Both the position numbers and the translations under genes were made by a program. This document shows, piece after piece, positions 1 through 11,784 of a stretch of DNA of 64,000 bases (position 1 is the stretch's first letter; every line of letters begins with the position of its first letter). The stretch is from Gemmatimonadota bacterium (lineage in GTDB: Bacteria; Gemmatimonadota; Gemmatimonadetes; Gemmatimonadales; GWC2-71-9): contig JBDHKN010000006.1 in NCBI GenBank assembly GCA_039586365.1, positions 1-64,000 of the forward strand, read 5' to 3'. Under the pieces are notes generated by a model that worked only from the letters and a program-made list of their open reading frames with translations, had not been told where the DNA came from and searched no databases.

Positions 1-110
1 TGTTGATCGGTTTGATCACGCCGATAGCGATGGAGGAGGGGTTGCGGTTTGCGATTCGAGAGGGTGGCCGTACGGTCGGTGCTGGCGTCGTAACCAAAAT
101 CCTAGAGTAG
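1..110 (+). CDS. tuf: Elongation factor Tu, 3' end (partial)
   Basis: Frame from nt 3 reads [32 protein letters not shown], the EF-Tu C-terminus; precedes rpsJ. Confidence 0.95.
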   Translation, partial: LIGLITPIAMEEGLRFAIREGGRTVGAGVVTKILE

Positions 111-187
111 AGGCGGGAGGGCTGTCCGACCCTCCGACTGTTGACTGAAGACAACGAATTCAAACGGGAAGTAGAACAGAGGTACCA

Positions 188-496
188 ATGGCCGGCCAAA
201 TCAGGATTCGACTCAAGGCGTACGATCACGTAGTGCTCGACCAGGCTGCGGCGGATATTGTGCGCACTGTCGAAAAGAGCGGGGCAACAGCCTCCGGTCC
301 CATACCGTTGCCGACGAAGACTCAGCGATGGACGGTGTTGAGAAGCCCGCACGTCGACAAGAAGAGCCGTGAGCAGTTTGAGCTCAAGACTCACAAGCGG
401 CTAATCGAGATCAACGACTCGCGGGCCCAGACCGTTGATGCACTGACCAAACTCGATCTTCCAGCCGGCGTGGACGTTGAGATCAAGGTCGAATAG
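188..496 (+). CDS. rpsJ: 30S ribosomal protein S10
   Basis: [31 protein letters not shown]. Confidence 0.98.
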   Translation: MAGQIRIRLKAYDHVVLDQAAADIVRTVEKSGATASGPIPLPTKTQRWTVLRSPHVDKKSREQFELKTHKRLIEINDSRAQTVDALTKLDLPAGVDVEIKVE

Positions 497-498
497 CG

Positions 499-1137
499 AT
501 GAACGGGATCATAGGCCGCAAGCTGGGAATGACACGGTTGTTCGAGGACGACGGCAAGGTTGTGCCCGTGACAGTAATCGAGGCCGGTCCTTGCCCGGTG
601 GTGCAAGTTAGCGATGGTGCCAAGGGTTCCAGGGCTGTGCAGCTGGGGTTCGGATCTCGCAAGGCCAAGAGAACCACGAAGGCTGAACTGGGGCATGCGA
701 AGCGGGCCAACCTGGAAGTAGCACCAGCCGTGTTGCGGAGCCTGCCATTACCGGCCGACGCCGAAACGGCGGCAGGAGACGTCGTGACTGTTGCGATATT
801 CCAGCCGGGCGACGCCATAAAGGTGACCGGGACCACCAAGGGTCGGGGATTCCAGGGTGTGGTGAAGCGCCATGGTTTCAAAGGTGGGCCTGCCACGCAC
901 GGGAGTACACGCTACAGGAGGCCCGGAAGCATGGGTGCCGGAACGGATCCGTCGCGCGTGATCAAGGGAAAACGCTTGCCGGGTCAGATGGGTTCGAAAC
1001 GACACACCGTTGTCGGACTGTCAGTGGTGAGAGTCGATAGCGAGAACAATCTGTTGTATGTGAAGGGCGCTGTTCCCGGGCCGCTGGAGGGCATCGTGCT
1101 TGTCAAGAAACAGGGAGGCAAGGGCCGTTATGCCTGA
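499..1137 (+). CDS. rplC: 50S ribosomal protein L3
   Basis: GRKLGMT, KGRGFQGVVKRHGF, operon position. Confidence 0.97.
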   Translation: MNGIIGRKLGMTRLFEDDGKVVPVTVIEAGPCPVVQVSDGAKGSRAVQLGFGSRKAKRTTKAELGHAKRANLEVAPAVLRSLPLPADAETAAGDVVTVAIFQPGDAIKVTGTTKGRGFQGVVKRHGFKGGPATHGSTRYRRPGSMGAGTDPSRVIKGKRLPGQMGSKRHTVVGLSVVRVDSENNLLYVKGAVPGPLEGIVLVKKQGGKGRYA

Positions 1138-1900
1138 TGTGCATCACTACACGGCCGCGGCTGAGAGAAAGGGCAGCTATGCGCTGCCGGCAGACTTCGA
1201 TGGCAGGGTGAACCAGGCTGTGATTCACCAGGCTGTGCGGGCGTTCAGGAACAACCAAAGACAGGGTACCGCATCGACGAAGACGCGAAGTGAGGTTTCC
1301 GGTGGAAGCCGGAAGCCTTGGCGTCAGAAGGGAACGGGCAGGGCACGGCAGGGGACGACTCGTTCACCCCTGTGGGTTGGTGGTGGCGTTGTCTTTGGCC
1401 CCAGGCCACGTAGCTACAACACCAAGGTGCCACGCAAGGTACGGCAGTTGGCACGCCGGTCCGCACTCAATGCGAGGGCAAATGAGGGTGCGATTCATGT
1501 TATCGAGGCGCTCGACTTCGAGGTACCCAAGACCCGCAAGATGGTCGCACTGCTGAAGAAGCTCGGCCTTACCGACAAGAAGGTGTTGATTCTCACGAAG
1601 GAGCCACGTCAAGAGGTCTATCTGTCCTGCCGTAACCTTCCCAAAATTAGGGTTATGCGCTATGGCGACGCTCCGGCGTACGACATCCTGTGGTCCGATT
1701 TCCTGTTAGTCGAAGAGGATGCGATCGGCGGTTTCGCCACCGAGGCGGCTACTCCCACGCGTAAAGCGAAGCGAGTGCAGAAAGCATCGGCCGTGAGCAA
1801 GAAGACGACCAAGAAGGTCGTGAAGAAGACAAGCGCAACAGCGAAGACAACGGCGGCCAGGAAGACGACCGGTAAGAAGAAGGGTGGAAGTAATGCCTAG
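1130..1900 (+). CDS. rplD: 50S ribosomal protein L4 with Lys/Thr/Ala-rich C-terminal tail
   Basis: RQGTASTKTRSEVSGGSRKPWRQKGTGRAR; ATG at 1130 overlaps rplC end. Confidence 0.96.
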   Translation: MPDVHHYTAAAERKGSYALPADFDGRVNQAVIHQAVRAFRNNQRQGTASTKTRSEVSGGSRKPWRQKGTGRARQGTTRSPLWVGGGVVFGPRPRSYNTKVPRKVRQLARRSALNARANEGAIHVIEALDFEVPKTRKMVALLKKLGLTDKKVLILTKEPRQEVYLSCRNLPKIRVMRYGDAPAYDILWSDFLLVEEDAIGGFATEAATPTRKAKRVQKASAVSKKTTKKVVKKTSATAKTTAARKTTGKKKGGSNA

Positions 1901-2180
1901 TCTCTACCGCACAGTGATTCGCCCCGTCGTCACGGAGAAATCTTCGGCGGCGTACGGTTCCAGGCGAGAGTACGCCTTCCAGGTACACCCGGACGCGACG
2001 AAGGTGCAGATCCGAGAGGCCGTTGAGCAACTCTTTGGCGTCAGGGTTACCAAGGTGAGAACGCTACGGCAGCGAGCCAAGCGACGGACCCTGGGTCGGA
2101 CGCAGGGCCGCCGCCCGGGTTGGAAAAAGGCGTATATCGTGCTGCACGAAGGCGATTCGATCGAGATTTTCGAGGGCTAA
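1893..2180 (+). CDS. rplW: 50S ribosomal protein L23
   Basis: [32 protein letters not shown]. Confidence 0.96.
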   Translation: MPSLYRTVIRPVVTEKSSAAYGSRREYAFQVHPDATKVQIREAVEQLFGVRVTKVRTLRQRAKRRTLGRTQGRRPGWKKAYIVLHEGDSIEIFEG

Positions 2181-2184
2181 GGCG

Positions 2185-3024
2185 ATGGGGATCAGAAAAT
2201 TCCGCCCAATGAGTCCCGGCACCCGGGGTAGATCGGTCTCCGATTTTGCGGAGGTCACGCGGTCCACTCCAGAGAAGTCGCTCGTTGAGCCATTGAGCAA
2301 GAGCGGCGGCCGCAACAACAAGGGCCATATCACGATGCGACACCGCGGCGGCGGACACAAACGCCGCTATCGCTTGATCGACTTCAAGCGGCGGAAGTTC
2401 GGGGTCCCGGCGCGTGTTGCGGAAGTGGAGTACGACCCCAATCGAACTGCTCGCATTGCCCTGTTGAACTATGCCGACGGGGAAAAGCGGTACATACTCC
2501 ACGCTAGAGGAATGCGGGTCGGTGACAGTGTCGTGTCAGGTCCTGGCAGTGACATCCGAGTCGGCAACGCCTTGCCGCTTGCCGAGATCCCGCTCGGCAC
2601 GACGGTTCACTGTATCGAACTCAGGCCAGGCAAGGGTGGTCAACTGTGCAGGTCGGCTGGAACGGGGGCGCAAGTCGTTGCCAAAGAAGGCAGGTATGTC
2701 GCGCTCAAGTTACGCAGTGGTGAGGTCAGGATGGTGCTTGACGGGTGCATGGCGACAATCGGTGAAGTAGGCAACGCAGAGCACGAACTCATCAGTGTTG
2801 GCAAGGCGGGTAAGACGCGCTGGCTAGGCAGGCGTCCCAAGGTACGTGGCGTTGCAATGAATCCAGTCGACCACCCTCTCGGTGGTGGAGAGGGCAAGGC
2901 TTCGGGTGGTCGCCCACCAGTCACGCCGTGGGGCAAATCAGAGGGTACGAAGACGAGGCGCAGGAAGAAGCCCAGCACCAAACTAATCGTGCGCGGCCGC
3001 AAGCGCGGCAAGTCGACAAAGTAA
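2185..3024 (+). CDS. rplB: 50S ribosomal protein L2
   Basis: [37 protein letters not shown]. Confidence 0.98.
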   Translation: MGIRKFRPMSPGTRGRSVSDFAEVTRSTPEKSLVEPLSKSGGRNNKGHITMRHRGGGHKRRYRLIDFKRRKFGVPARVAEVEYDPNRTARIALLNYADGEKRYILHARGMRVGDSVVSGPGSDIRVGNALPLAEIPLGTTVHCIELRPGKGGQLCRSAGTGAQVVAKEGRYVALKLRSGEVRMVLDGCMATIGEVGNAEHELISVGKAGKTRWLGRRPKVRGVAMNPVDHPLGGGEGKASGGRPPVTPWGKSEGTKTRRRKKPSTKLIVRGRKRGKSTK

Positions 3025-3038
3025 GGAAACAGAGTCTT

Positions 3039-3326
3039 ATGGCCAGAAGCGTAAAGAAAGGTCCATACGTCGAGGAGTCGCTCGTAAGGAAGATCAGAGC
3101 TCTCAACGAGCGAAATGAGAAGCGCGTGTTCAAGACTTGGTCGCGTGGATCCCAGATCACGCCGGAGTTTGTGGGCCACACGATAGCGGTACACAATGGA
3201 AACAAGTTCATTCCAGTGTACGTCACGGAGAACATGGTGGGACACAAGCTCGGTGAGTTTGCACCCACGCGGCTCTTCCGTGGACACAGTGGAAAGCTGG
3301 CCGCAGACAAGAAAGTCGGCGGTTGA
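3039..3326 (+). CDS. rpsS: 30S ribosomal protein S19
   Basis: [28 protein letters not shown]. Confidence 0.97.
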   Translation: MARSVKKGPYVEESLVRKIRALNERNEKRVFKTWSRGSQITPEFVGHTIAVHNGNKFIPVYVTENMVGHKLGEFAPTRLFRGHSGKLAADKKVGG

Positions 3327-3339
3327 AGCGGGGTAGTAT

Positions 3340-3696
3340 ATGGCTGCTAGAGCGATACAACGGTTTGTTCGTCAGTCGCCGCGGAAGATGCGGCTGGTGA
3401 TCGACACGATAAGGGGCAAGGACGTAAACGAGGCTTATGCCTTGTTGCGATTCTCGAAGAAGCGGGCTGCCAAGGACATTGAGAAGGTATTGCGCTCCGC
3501 CGTCGCAAACGCTGAGCAGGATGCTCTGCGCGACAATTCCGCCTTCGACGTGGACCGACTCTATGTGAACAAGGCTGTAGTGCAGGGTGGGCCAACACTG
3601 TGGCGCTACCGAGCAGCTGCGCTTGGTAGGGCCGCACCGATTCGCAAGCGTACCAGCCATGTGGAGATTCGTGTGGCTGCTAAGGAGGAACAGTAG
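3340..3696 (+). CDS. rplV: 50S ribosomal protein L22
   Basis: [25 protein letters not shown]. Confidence 0.97.
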   Translation: MAARAIQRFVRQSPRKMRLVIDTIRGKDVNEAYALLRFSKKRAAKDIEKVLRSAVANAEQDALRDNSAFDVDRLYVNKAVVQGGPTLWRYRAAALGRAAPIRKRTSHVEIRVAAKEEQ

Positions 3697-4355
3697 TGGG
3701 TCAGAAAACCCATCCGTACGGATTCCGACTCGGCATCGTCAAGCCGTGGAGGTCGCGTTGGTTTGCAGGCAGCGACTTCGCCGATCTGCTGAAGGAAGAC
3801 GAGCTGATTCGTAGATACCTCAGATCACGGTTGGCACATGCCGCCATCTCAGAAGTCCACATTGACCGGAAACCCGGCAAAGTGACAGTCACGGTCTTCA
3901 CTGGGCGACCGGGTGTCGTGATTGGGAAGCGGGGTGCCGAAGTTGACAAGCTACGGGACGAGCTGGCGCAACTGACTGGCAAGGAAGTGGGCATAAATGT
4001 GGAGGAAATCAAGCGTCCGGAATTGGATGCGCAGCTTGTCGCCGACAACATCGCTCATCAACTCAATCAGCGCATCTCCTACCGGAGGGCAATGAAGCGT
4101 GCTGTGCAGAGTGCGATGCGCATGGGGGCGAAAGGGATAAAGATCAAGTGCGGCGGTCGTCTTGGAGGAGCGGAGATTGCTCGTTCGCAGAGCTTTCATG
4201 AGGGCCGGGTCCCGCTCCACACGCTACGGGCGGACGTTGGATATGCGACGGCAACCGCGCGGACTACATATGGGGCAATCGGTGTGAAGGTGTGGATCTT
4301 TCGCGGCGAAATCGTTGAGGACGCCCGTGGCCGCACCTACAGCACGGGAGCATAG
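3696..4355 (+). CDS. rpsC: 30S ribosomal protein S3
   Basis: [32 protein letters not shown]. Confidence 0.98.
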   Translation: MGQKTHPYGFRLGIVKPWRSRWFAGSDFADLLKEDELIRRYLRSRLAHAAISEVHIDRKPGKVTVTVFTGRPGVVIGKRGAEVDKLRDELAQLTGKEVGINVEEIKRPELDAQLVADNIAHQLNQRISYRRAMKRAVQSAMRMGAKGIKIKCGGRLGGAEIARSQSFHEGRVPLHTLRADVGYATATARTTYGAIGVKVWIFRGEIVEDARGRTYSTGA

Positions 4356-4357
4356 CC

Positions 4358-4771
4358 ATGCTAGCGCCAAAGCGGGTCAAGTATCGTAAGCAGATGAAGG
4401 GTCGCAATCGCGGGCACGCCAGTCGCGGCAATACAGTCGCGTTCGGCCACTATGGGTTGATGACCTTGGATGCGGGCTGGATTACCAACCGGCAGATCGA
4501 GGCGGCGCGTGTTGCACTGACCCGCACAATGAAGCGTGGTGGCAAGGTGTGGATCCGTATCTTTCCTGATAAGCCCCTGACAAAAAAGCCAGCAGAGACT
4601 CGGATGGGGAAGGGGAAGGGCAATCCCGAGTATTGGGTGGCGGTGGTGAAACCTGGGCGCGTGATGTTTGAGGTTGAGGGGGTCGGCGAGCAGCTCGCGC
4701 GCCGGGCCCTCGAGCTTGCCTCGGCGAAATTGCCTGTAAAGACGAAGTTCGTTACGCGAGAGGTCGGCTGA
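4358..4771 (+). CDS. rplP: 50S ribosomal protein L16
   Basis: [22 protein letters not shown]. Confidence 0.98.
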   Translation: MLAPKRVKYRKQMKGRNRGHASRGNTVAFGHYGLMTLDAGWITNRQIEAARVALTRTMKRGGKVWIRIFPDKPLTKKPAETRMGKGKGNPEYWVAVVKPGRVMFEVEGVGEQLARRALELASAKLPVKTKFVTREVG

Positions 4772-4773
4772 AG

Positions 4774-4995
4774 ATGGCGCTGAAGGATGCGGAACAGAAG
4801 CCCGTTGACGCGGCTCAGATGCGGGAGGCAGAGACCGCTGAACTGAGAGAAGAACTGGCTCGCTTGGAAGAGGCCCAGTTCCGACTCAAGTTCCGCTCGG
4901 CGACGGAGGCGATCGATAATCCGCTGCAGTTTAGGACAATGCGGCGCAATATCGCGCGGATCAAGACAATACTCCGTGAGAGGACGGAAGGATGA
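4774..4995 (+). CDS. rpmC: 50S ribosomal protein L29
   Basis: FRLKF...[14 protein letters not shown], between rplP and rpsQ. Confidence 0.93.
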   Translation: MALKDAEQKPVDAAQMREAETAELREELARLEEAQFRLKFRSATEAIDNPLQFRTMRRNIARIKTILRERTEG

Positions 4996-5258
4996 GTCAG
5001 GATATTAGCACGCGTGACCGGCGCAAAGTGCGCACCGGCGTGGTGGTGAGCGACAAGATGGAACGGACCGTGGTGGTACAACTCACGCGGCGATTCGCAC
5101 ATTCGCTCTACGGGAAGCAGATAACGCGCACCAAGCGTGTATGCGCACACGATGAGAAGGGTGCCAAGGCGGGCGATACGGTCCGATTAATGGAGACGCG
5201 ACCGCTGTCAAAGACCAAGCGTTGGCGCGTCGTTGAAATAGTGACCCGGGCCAAGTAG
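4992..5258 (+). CDS. rpsQ: 30S ribosomal protein S17
   Basis: [22 protein letters not shown]. Confidence 0.97.
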   Translation: MSQDISTRDRRKVRTGVVVSDKMERTVVVQLTRRFAHSLYGKQITRTKRVCAHDEKGAKAGDTVRLMETRPLSKTKRWRVVEIVTRAK

Positions 5259-5269
5259 GAGGGACGCTC

Positions 5270-5638
5270 GTGGTTCAACAAGAATCGATACTCAAGATTG
5301 CCGACAATTCGGGAGCGCGCAGGGCCCTCGTCATACGGGTCCTCGGTGGAAGTCGTCGTCGGTACGCTGGGCTTGGTGACATAGTGGTCGTCACGATCAA
5401 GGATGCCCTCCCAACTGGGCAAGTTAAGAAGGGTGATGTGGTGAAGGCTGTGATCGTCCGTACGGCCAAAGAGACACGGCGCAAAGACGGAAGCTACATC
5501 CGCTTTGATGAGAATGCGGCTGTGCTCATCAACGAGGCCGGAGAACCCCGTGCCACACGCATCTTCGGGCCTGTCGGAAGGGAGCTGCGTGAAAAGCGGT
5601 TCATGAAGATCGTATCGCTCGCACCGGAGGTGTTATAG
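5270..5638 (+). CDS. rplN: 50S ribosomal protein L14
   Basis: [29 protein letters not shown]. Confidence 0.98.
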   Translation: MVQQESILKIADNSGARRALVIRVLGGSRRRYAGLGDIVVVTIKDALPTGQVKKGDVVKAVIVRTAKETRRKDGSYIRFDENAAVLINEAGEPRATRIFGPVGRELREKRFMKIVSLAPEVL

Positions 5639-6016
5639 ATGAGGTCGCCCCAGTACAGCAGATCATCACGACACGATGAGCCTCAGGTGCGCTTCAAGAT
5701 GTCCATCACGAAAGGTGATAGGGTGCGTGTGATCAGGGGAGAGGACGCGGGCAGTGAAGGTACTGTGCTCAAGGTGCTCCCCAAGGTGAATCGGGTTGTT
5801 GTGGAAGGCGTAAACATGGTCACGAAACACAAACGTGCATCGGCTGAGGTAGAGGGTGGCATCATCAAATTCCCAGCATCCATTCACGTATCCAACGTGA
5901 TGTTATTGGATCCCAAGTCTGGGGAGCCGACACGTGTGAGGCGACAGAAAGACAAGGACGGAACGGTTGAGCGCATAAGTAGGAAGTCGGGCCAACCGAT
6001 TCCGCGGAACCGGTAA
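5639..6016 (+). CDS. rplX: 50S ribosomal protein L24
   Basis: [13 protein letters not shown] motif, [16 protein letters not shown]; start uncertain. Confidence 0.95.
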   Translation: MRSPQYSRSSRHDEPQVRFKMSITKGDRVRVIRGEDAGSEGTVLKVLPKVNRVVVEGVNMVTKHKRASAEVEGGIIKFPASIHVSNVMLLDPKSGEPTRVRRQKDKDGTVERISRKSGQPIPRNR

Positions 6017-6022
6017 CGGAGT

Positions 6023-6646
6023 ATGGCTAAGCACAAGAAGGAAAAGGCCGATACGGCAGCCGTGGAGCAGAACGCACCTGCTCCGCAGCCGCGGTTGAGG
6101 GAGTACTACACCAACGTCGTCCTACCCAAACTCATGCAAGAGTTCGGGTTCGCCAACGTGCACCAGGCGCCGAAGCTCGTGAAGATTGTCATCAACACGG
6201 GTTTGGGAGAAGCGCCGAAGAACGCTAAGGTGCTGGATGCGGCAGTGGAGGAGCTTGCGGTAATCTCCGGCCAGCGACCCGTCGTAACCAAGGCGAAGAA
6301 GGCGATTTCAAATTTCTCACTGCGGGCCGGAATGCCGGTCGGTACAGCCGTGACCTTGCGGGGCGCCAGAATGTGGGAATTCCTGGACCGTTTCATCATG
6401 GTGGCGGTGCCACGTATCCGCGACTTCCGTGGCTTCCCTACGCGGTCGTTTGATGGAAGGGGCAGCTACTCCGTCGGTATCAAGGAGCAAATGGTGTTCC
6501 CGGAAGTCGACTATGACAAGGTAGAGAAGATCCATGGGATGGACATCACCTTCGTAACGACAGCCGGCCGCGACGACATAGGACTTGCCCTGCTGCGCGA
6601 GCTGGGCATGCCGTTCCGTGGGCAGATACCGGTAAGGATTGGATAG
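6023..6646 (+). CDS. rplE: 50S ribosomal protein L5
   Basis: [26 protein letters not shown]. Confidence 0.97.
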   Translation: MAKHKKEKADTAAVEQNAPAPQPRLREYYTNVVLPKLMQEFGFANVHQAPKLVKIVINTGLGEAPKNAKVLDAAVEELAVISGQRPVVTKAKKAISNFSLRAGMPVGTAVTLRGARMWEFLDRFIMVAVPRIRDFRGFPTRSFDGRGSYSVGIKEQMVFPEVDYDKVEKIHGMDITFVTTAGRDDIGLALLRELGMPFRGQIPVRIG

Positions 6647-6657
6647 GGAGCTGTTTG

Positions 6658-6843
6658 ATGGCAAAGAAATGTCTTGTTGAGAAGGCCAAGCGGAAGCCGC
6701 GTTTTAAGGTGCGTGCTTACAATCGATGCAAGCGCTGCGGTCGGCCGCGAGGATATCTCAGGAAATTTGGGCTGTGCCGAATCTGCTTCAGGGAACTGGC
6801 GCTCGAAGGCGTCATTCCTGGAGTTCGTAAAGCGAGCTGGTGA
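6658..6843 (+). CDS. rpsN: 30S ribosomal protein S14, Zn-binding (type Z)
   Basis: [10 protein letters not shown]...LCRICFRE, 61 aa. Confidence 0.96.
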   Translation: MAKKCLVEKAKRKPRFKVRAYNRCKRCGRPRGYLRKFGLCRICFRELALEGVIPGVRKASW

Positions 6844-6862
6844 AAGGACCTCGACTGATCAC

Positions 6863-7258
6863 ATGAGTATGACCGATCCAGTCGCCGATATGCTGACCCG
6901 CATTCGCAACGCTTGCAAGGCGGGGCATAGGAGGGTTGACATACCGGTGTCGACGTTCAAGACAGAGATCGCTCGGCTGCTCCGAGACAACCATTACATC
7001 CAAGACTACAAGGTCATTGATGATGGTCGTCATGGACGGCTGCGCGTCTATCTGAGGTACCATGGAGACGCGCCCGTAATCCGAGAGGTTCGGCGTGTTT
7101 CTCGGCCGGGGCTGCGGCGCTACGTGAAGGTCCATGATATTCCCCGGGTCAAGAATGGTCTCGGAATGGCAATTCTCTCTACCCCACGTGGCCTGATGAG
7201 CGACCGCGATGCCCGCCGGCAGCGGGTTGGTGGTGAGTTGGTAGCCGTGGTCTGGTAA
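6863..7258 (+). CDS. rpsH: 30S ribosomal protein S8
   Basis: [31 protein letters not shown]. Confidence 0.97.
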   Translation: MSMTDPVADMLTRIRNACKAGHRRVDIPVSTFKTEIARLLRDNHYIQDYKVIDDGRHGRLRVYLRYHGDAPVIREVRRVSRPGLRRYVKVHDIPRVKNGLGMAILSTPRGLMSDRDARRQRVGGELVAVVW

Positions 7259-7268
7259 GGGGGCGCAG

Positions 7269-7811
7269 ATGTCTCGAATTGGCAAGAAGCCGGTGGCGGT
7301 CCCGAGCGGAGTGACGGTTCAGATCGATGGTACCCGAGTCACCGTCAAAGGACCCAAGGGACAGCTAAGTCGGAAATTGTCCTCGGAGATGACGATAGCT
7401 CTCGAGGAGGGGCGGGTCAGTGTGGTCCGTCCTTCCGATACGAAACGGCACCGCGCGCTCCATGGACTCACTCGAAGCCTGCTCAACAATATGGTAGAGG
7501 GAGTGACTAACGGCTTCAGCAAGAAGCTCGAGATCCAAGGTGTTGGCTACAAGGCGGAGCCAACTGCGAGCGGGATAAGGGTGCTGGTGGGGTATTCGCA
7601 TCCGGTTGACTACGACGCACCCGAAGGAATCAAGATCTCATGTGAGACTGGCGCTGTTGTGCGGGTCGACGGTATCGACAAGGAACTCGTGGGACAGGTC
7701 GCGGCGGAGATTCGCAGAATTCGACCACCGGAGCCATACAAAGGCAAAGGCATCCGGTACGAGGGTGAGCACGTTCGCCGTAAGGCGGGCAAGGCAGGAG
7801 CTAAAGCATGA
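7269..7811 (+). CDS. rplF: 50S ribosomal protein L6
   Basis: [27 protein letters not shown]. Confidence 0.98.
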   Translation: MSRIGKKPVAVPSGVTVQIDGTRVTVKGPKGQLSRKLSSEMTIALEEGRVSVVRPSDTKRHRALHGLTRSLLNNMVEGVTNGFSKKLEIQGVGYKAEPTASGIRVLVGYSHPVDYDAPEGIKISCETGAVVRVDGIDKELVGQVAAEIRRIRPPEPYKGKGIRYEGEHVRRKAGKAGAKA

Positions 7812-8179
7812 GGTGGATTGGAAAGCCGAAGAACAGGAAAGAACGCCGCTACCGGCGACATTTGCGAGTCCGCAAGAAGGTCAATGGCACAGCGGAGAGC
7901 CCGCGGCTCGTGGTCTTTCGTTCGCTCAAACACACGTATGCTCAGCTCGTTGACGATTCCAGAGGTCGCACACTCGTGGGTGTGAGCGACAGATCGCGGG
8001 AGTTGGTGCGCGACAAGGCTGGGAAGGTGGGTGCGGCTCATGCGGTTGGAGTGTTGCTAGCAAAGCGGGCTACTGATCTGGGTGTGAAGCGAGTAGTGTT
8101 CGATCGCGGAGGCTATCTATACCATGGGCGCGTCAAGGCTGTGGCTGACGGTGCCCGCGAAGGTGGACTGGAGTTCTAG
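7808..8179 (+). CDS. rplR: 50S ribosomal protein L18
   Basis: [30 protein letters not shown]. Confidence 0.97.
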   Translation: MRWIGKPKNRKERRYRRHLRVRKKVNGTAESPRLVVFRSLKHTYAQLVDDSRGRTLVGVSDRSRELVRDKAGKVGAAHAVGVLLAKRATDLGVKRVVFDRGGYLYHGRVKAVADGAREGGLEF

Positions 8180-8183
8180 GCAA

Positions 8184-8741
8184 ATGGCGCAAGAGAAAGA
8201 GCGTGGCCCTCGACGTGAGCGCCGAGAGCGTGAGTCGGAGCTAATTGAGAACGTCATTTCGATCAATCGCGTAGCTAAAGTGGTGAAAGGTGGTCGACGG
8301 TTCTCCTTCAATGCACTCGTGGCTGTTGGTGACGGTAACGGGACGGTCGGTGTGGGAATGGGGAAGGCGAACGAGGTATCGGAGACGGTTCGTAAAGGCG
8401 TTGAGGCGGCGAAGCGCAATATGTGCGAGGTACCGCGTGCCGGAAGCACTATCCCACACGAAGTAGTTGGAACGCATGGTGCCGGCCGGGTTCTGCTGAA
8501 ACCCGCTGCATCCGGAACCGGGGTAATCGCTGGCGGGCCAGTGCGATCGGTGCTCGAGTGCGCAGGGATCAGCGATATTCTGACTAAGTCGCTAGGATCC
8601 TCTAATGCCCTGAACATGGTCTGGGCGACGGTCGATGGACTCCACAGCCTGATGACTCCAGAACAGGTCGCGAGGGAACGCGAGTTGGACGTATCTGATA
8701 TTGCGTACAGACCGCGGCAACGGGAGGAGGAAGATGCCTAG
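8184..8741 (+). CDS. rpsE: 30S ribosomal protein S5
   Basis: [30 protein letters not shown]. Confidence 0.97.
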   Translation: MAQEKERGPRRERRERESELIENVISINRVAKVVKGGRRFSFNALVAVGDGNGTVGVGMGKANEVSETVRKGVEAAKRNMCEVPRAGSTIPHEVVGTHGAGRVLLKPAASGTGVIAGGPVRSVLECAGISDILTKSLGSSNALNMVWATVDGLHSLMTPEQVARERELDVSDIAYRPRQREEEDA

Positions 8742-9111
8742 CGAGAGCGGGTCGCAGGCCAAAAAGGGCACGACTGCCGCCAAGAAAGGCAGGACCAAGA
8801 AGGCCGCGAAGAAGACAACTGCGAAGAAGACAACCGCGAAGAAGACAGCCAAGAAGAAGACGGTTCGGAAAAGTCCCACTTCGCGCAAGAAGAGTGCGGC
8901 GGCCACTAGTCCCACAAATGATAGCTCTAAGAGACTCCGAGTACGGCAGGTGCGCTCTGGGATCGGATACGCCACGCGTGTCCGCCGCACTCTGACTGCT
9001 CTAGGACTGAAACACCATCAAGACGAGGTAGTGGTCGTCGACAATCCCGCCATTCAGGGAATGCTGAGACGAGTGCATCACCTTGTCAGGGTTACTTCCG
9101 AGGAAAGCTGA
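8734..9111 (+). CDS. rpmD: 50S ribosomal protein L30 with long basic N-terminal extension
   Basis: C-terminal ~60 aa [11 protein letters not shown]...TLTALGL...DNPAIQGM fits L30; between rpsE and rplO; GGAGGAGG RBS before ATG 8734. Confidence 0.9.
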   Translation: MPSESGSQAKKGTTAAKKGRTKKAAKKTTAKKTTAKKTAKKKTVRKSPTSRKKSAAATSPTNDSSKRLRVRQVRSGIGYATRVRRTLTALGLKHHQDEVVVVDNPAIQGMLRRVHHLVRVTSEES

Positions 9112-9563
9112 TGTCTGAGGAACAGAAGCTCGGCTTGCACAACCTGCCCGCTCCGCCGGGAGCTGACAAGGCTCCGAAGCGGAAGGGACGGGGCACAGGC
9201 TCTGGGCTCGGTAAGACGGCCGGGCGCGGACATAAGGGGCAGCGCTCGAGAGCCAGTGGTAACGTAAGGCCGGGATTTGAGGGGGGGCAGATGCCACTCA
9301 TCCGGCGCGTACCCAAACGTGGCTTCATCAACCCATTCCGTGTGCCGAATCAGGTCGTGAACCTGCGCGATTTGGAGAAAGTGGTAGGTGACGAGATCAC
9401 TCCTGCAACGCTAATCGAGGCGGGGCTCGTGGGTGCCTCCGATTGTCCCGTCAAGATCCTGGCTACCGGCGAGGTCACACGGGCATACGTGATCAGAGGA
9501 TGCACAACATCACGCACAGCTAGGGAGAAGATTGAGCAAGCAGGTGGTCGCATCGAGAACTGA
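9111..9563 (+). CDS. rplO: 50S ribosomal protein L15
   Basis: [27 protein letters not shown]. Confidence 0.97.
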   Translation: MSEEQKLGLHNLPAPPGADKAPKRKGRGTGSGLGKTAGRGHKGQRSRASGNVRPGFEGGQMPLIRRVPKRGFINPFRVPNQVVNLRDLEKVVGDEITPATLIEAGLVGASDCPVKILATGEVTRAYVIRGCTTSRTAREKIEQAGGRIEN

Positions 9564-9566
9564 CCC

Positions 9567-10877
9567 ATGACAGCACCTCGCATCCCGAATCTGTTCGCCG
9601 TACCGGAGCTCAAAGACAAGCTCCTGTTCACGCTAATGTGTCTCGCTATCTACAGGCTGGGTGCCCACATCGCAACGCCAGGCGTGGACGTCCAGGTGCT
9701 GGCCGACTTCATCCGTAACCAAGGGTCGCAGACTCTCTTCGGTGTCTACGACATGTTTGTTGGTGGAGGCCTCTCCCGCGCCACAGTGCTGGCGCTCGGG
9801 ATCATGCCATACATATCCGCCTCCATCATGTTCCAGCTCGGGGGCGCGGTATTCCCGACCATCGACAAGCTGCAAAAAGAAGAGGAGGGTCGGAAGAAGA
9901 TCACCCAGTGGACCCGCTACCTGACGGTGCTGCTGTCGGTGGGCCAGGCGTACGGTTTTGCCATCTTCGCGGAACAACAGGGTGCTGTTCCCGGTGCGGG
10001 AATGGGCTTCCGCACGTTGACTGTACTGACACTCACGACTGGTGCGGTATTCGTGATGTGGCTAGGTGAGCAGATCACCGAGCGCGGCATCGGTAACGGC
10101 ATGAGCCTCCTGATCTTCTTTTCGATAATGGAAGGAATGTGGCCTGGCCTGTTCCGGACGCTCGACTTCGTGCAGACGGGGGTGATCAACTTCCCCAAGC
10201 TGGCCGTGTTAGGTGGCGTCATGGTAGGCGTCGTGGCAGGGGTCGTCGCTGTGACTGTGGCAGCCAGGAGAATCCCGATTCAGATCCCCCGTAAGGTGAT
10301 GGGACGTGGCCGAATCAGAGAAGGCCAGAAGACTTTCATCCCGATACGCATCAACTCGGCAGGAGTGATGCCCATCATCTTTGCTCAGGCTCTGATAATC
10401 GTGCCCGGTACCATAGCAACATTTAGCAATGTTGGATGGCTACGTGCGATGTCTGAGATGTTCCGCCCCGGTACGGGGGTGTACTACTCTACTTATGCGC
10501 TCTTGATCATCTTCTTCACTTACTTCTACACATCGATCATCTTCAACCCAGTGGATATTGCGGAAAACCTGAAGAAGCAGGGCGGTTTCATTCCAGGTGT
10601 GAAACCAGGAGCAGCTACCGCAGATTACATCGACACTGTGCTTAGTAGGGTTACGCTACCCGGTTCGTTGTTTCTCACGGTTGTTGCGCTACTGCCGTTC
10701 TTCATTTTTGACGCTTTCAATGTGCCGTTCCGATTCGGGGGAACTGCCCTGTTAATCGTTGTTGGTGTGGCGCTCGATACATGGGTACAAGTGCAGCAAC
10801 ATGCCCAGCTGCGTCATTACGACGATTTCATGAAACACGGGCGTGTCAAGTTCCGAGGACGGCGTCGCTACATGTAA
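9567..10877 (+). CDS. secY: Preprotein translocase subunit SecY
   Basis: LGIMPYISASI, WLGEQITERGIGNG, GVMPIIFA, multiple TM helices. Confidence 0.98.
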   Translation: MTAPRIPNLFAVPELKDKLLFTLMCLAIYRLGAHIATPGVDVQVLADFIRNQGSQTLFGVYDMFVGGGLSRATVLALGIMPYISASIMFQLGGAVFPTIDKLQKEEEGRKKITQWTRYLTVLLSVGQAYGFAIFAEQQGAVPGAGMGFRTLTVLTLTTGAVFVMWLGEQITERGIGNGMSLLIFFSIMEGMWPGLFRTLDFVQTGVINFPKLAVLGGVMVGVVAGVVAVTVAARRIPIQIPRKVMGRGRIREGQKTFIPIRINSAGVMPIIFAQALIIVPGTIATFSNVGWLRAMSEMFRPGTGVYYSTYALLIIFFTYFYTSIIFNPVDIAENLKKQGGFIPGVKPGAATADYIDTVLSRVTLPGSLFLTVVALLPFFIFDAFNVPFRFGGTALLIVVGVALDTWVQVQQHAQLRHYDDFMKHGRVKFRGRRRYM

Positions 10878-11010
10878 CCAAATCAGTGGTGCGCCAGTTC
10901 GTATCGGTGTAGGGTGAGTAATCTGGCGTAGGGAATCATACTCGGCGCTCCGAGTCACGGTGGCGATCCGTGGTTGGCGGTACCCTGCGCGCTATGGAGG
11001 TTATGGGAGT

Positions 11011-11784
11011 TTGGTGACAATCAAGTCGGTAAGGGAAATTGAGACGATGGCGGCGGCGGGTCGCATACTTGCTGACGCGTTGGCTCTCCTCTCTGAGCGG
11101 GTGAAGTCGGGCGTGAGCACTGAGGAGCTCGATGGGCTCGCAGAGGAGTTCATTCGCAGCCACCCCGGAGCGCGACCGTCGTTCAAGGGGTTGTATGGCT
11201 TCCCCAAGTCGATCTGCACATCAATCAACCAGGAAATCGTGCACGGAATACCTTCGCGAAACCGAGTCCTCCGCGACGGAGATATCCTGAGCATCGACTG
11301 TGGCGTCCTACTCGATGGCCTCCACGCAGACTCGGCAACTACGGTTCCGGTGGGTGAGATTGGTGACGGCGCCCGGGAGCTGCTCGAGGCGACCGAACGA
11401 TCCTTGTTTGCAGGAATTCGCGCTGCCGTCCTGGGCAATCACGTGGGGGACATTGGCCATGCTGTCCAGCAGGTAGCTGAGGGAGCTGGCTTCAGCGTGG
11501 TGAGGGACCTGGTGGGCCACGGCATCGGCGCGAGCTTCCATGAAGAACCCCAGGTACCCAACTACGGAGAGCCGAAACGCGGCCCGCGACTCGCCGCCGG
11601 AATGACGCTTGCCATTGAGCCCATGGTTAACACCGGGCGAGCCGATACGAGGACGCTAGATGATAAGTGGACTATCGTTACCGCCGACGGATCGCTATCA
11701 GCCCATTTCGAGCACACGGTGGTGATCGCTGAAGAGGGGCCGCGGATACTCACGGCGGCTGAGGTTACGACTAAGGCGAACTAG
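11011..11784 (+). CDS. map: Methionine aminopeptidase type I
   Basis: CTSINQEIVHGIP, GHGIG, HEEP, AIEPM, SAHFEHT; TTG/GTG start after RBS. Confidence 0.96.
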   Translation: MVTIKSVREIETMAAAGRILADALALLSERVKSGVSTEELDGLAEEFIRSHPGARPSFKGLYGFPKSICTSINQEIVHGIPSRNRVLRDGDILSIDCGVLLDGLHADSATTVPVGEIGDGARELLEATERSLFAGIRAAVLGNHVGDIGHAVQQVAEGAGFSVVRDLVGHGIGASFHEEPQVPNYGEPKRGPRLAAGMTLAIEPMVNTGRADTRTLDDKWTIVTADGSLSAHFEHTVVIAEEGPRILTAAEVTTKAN

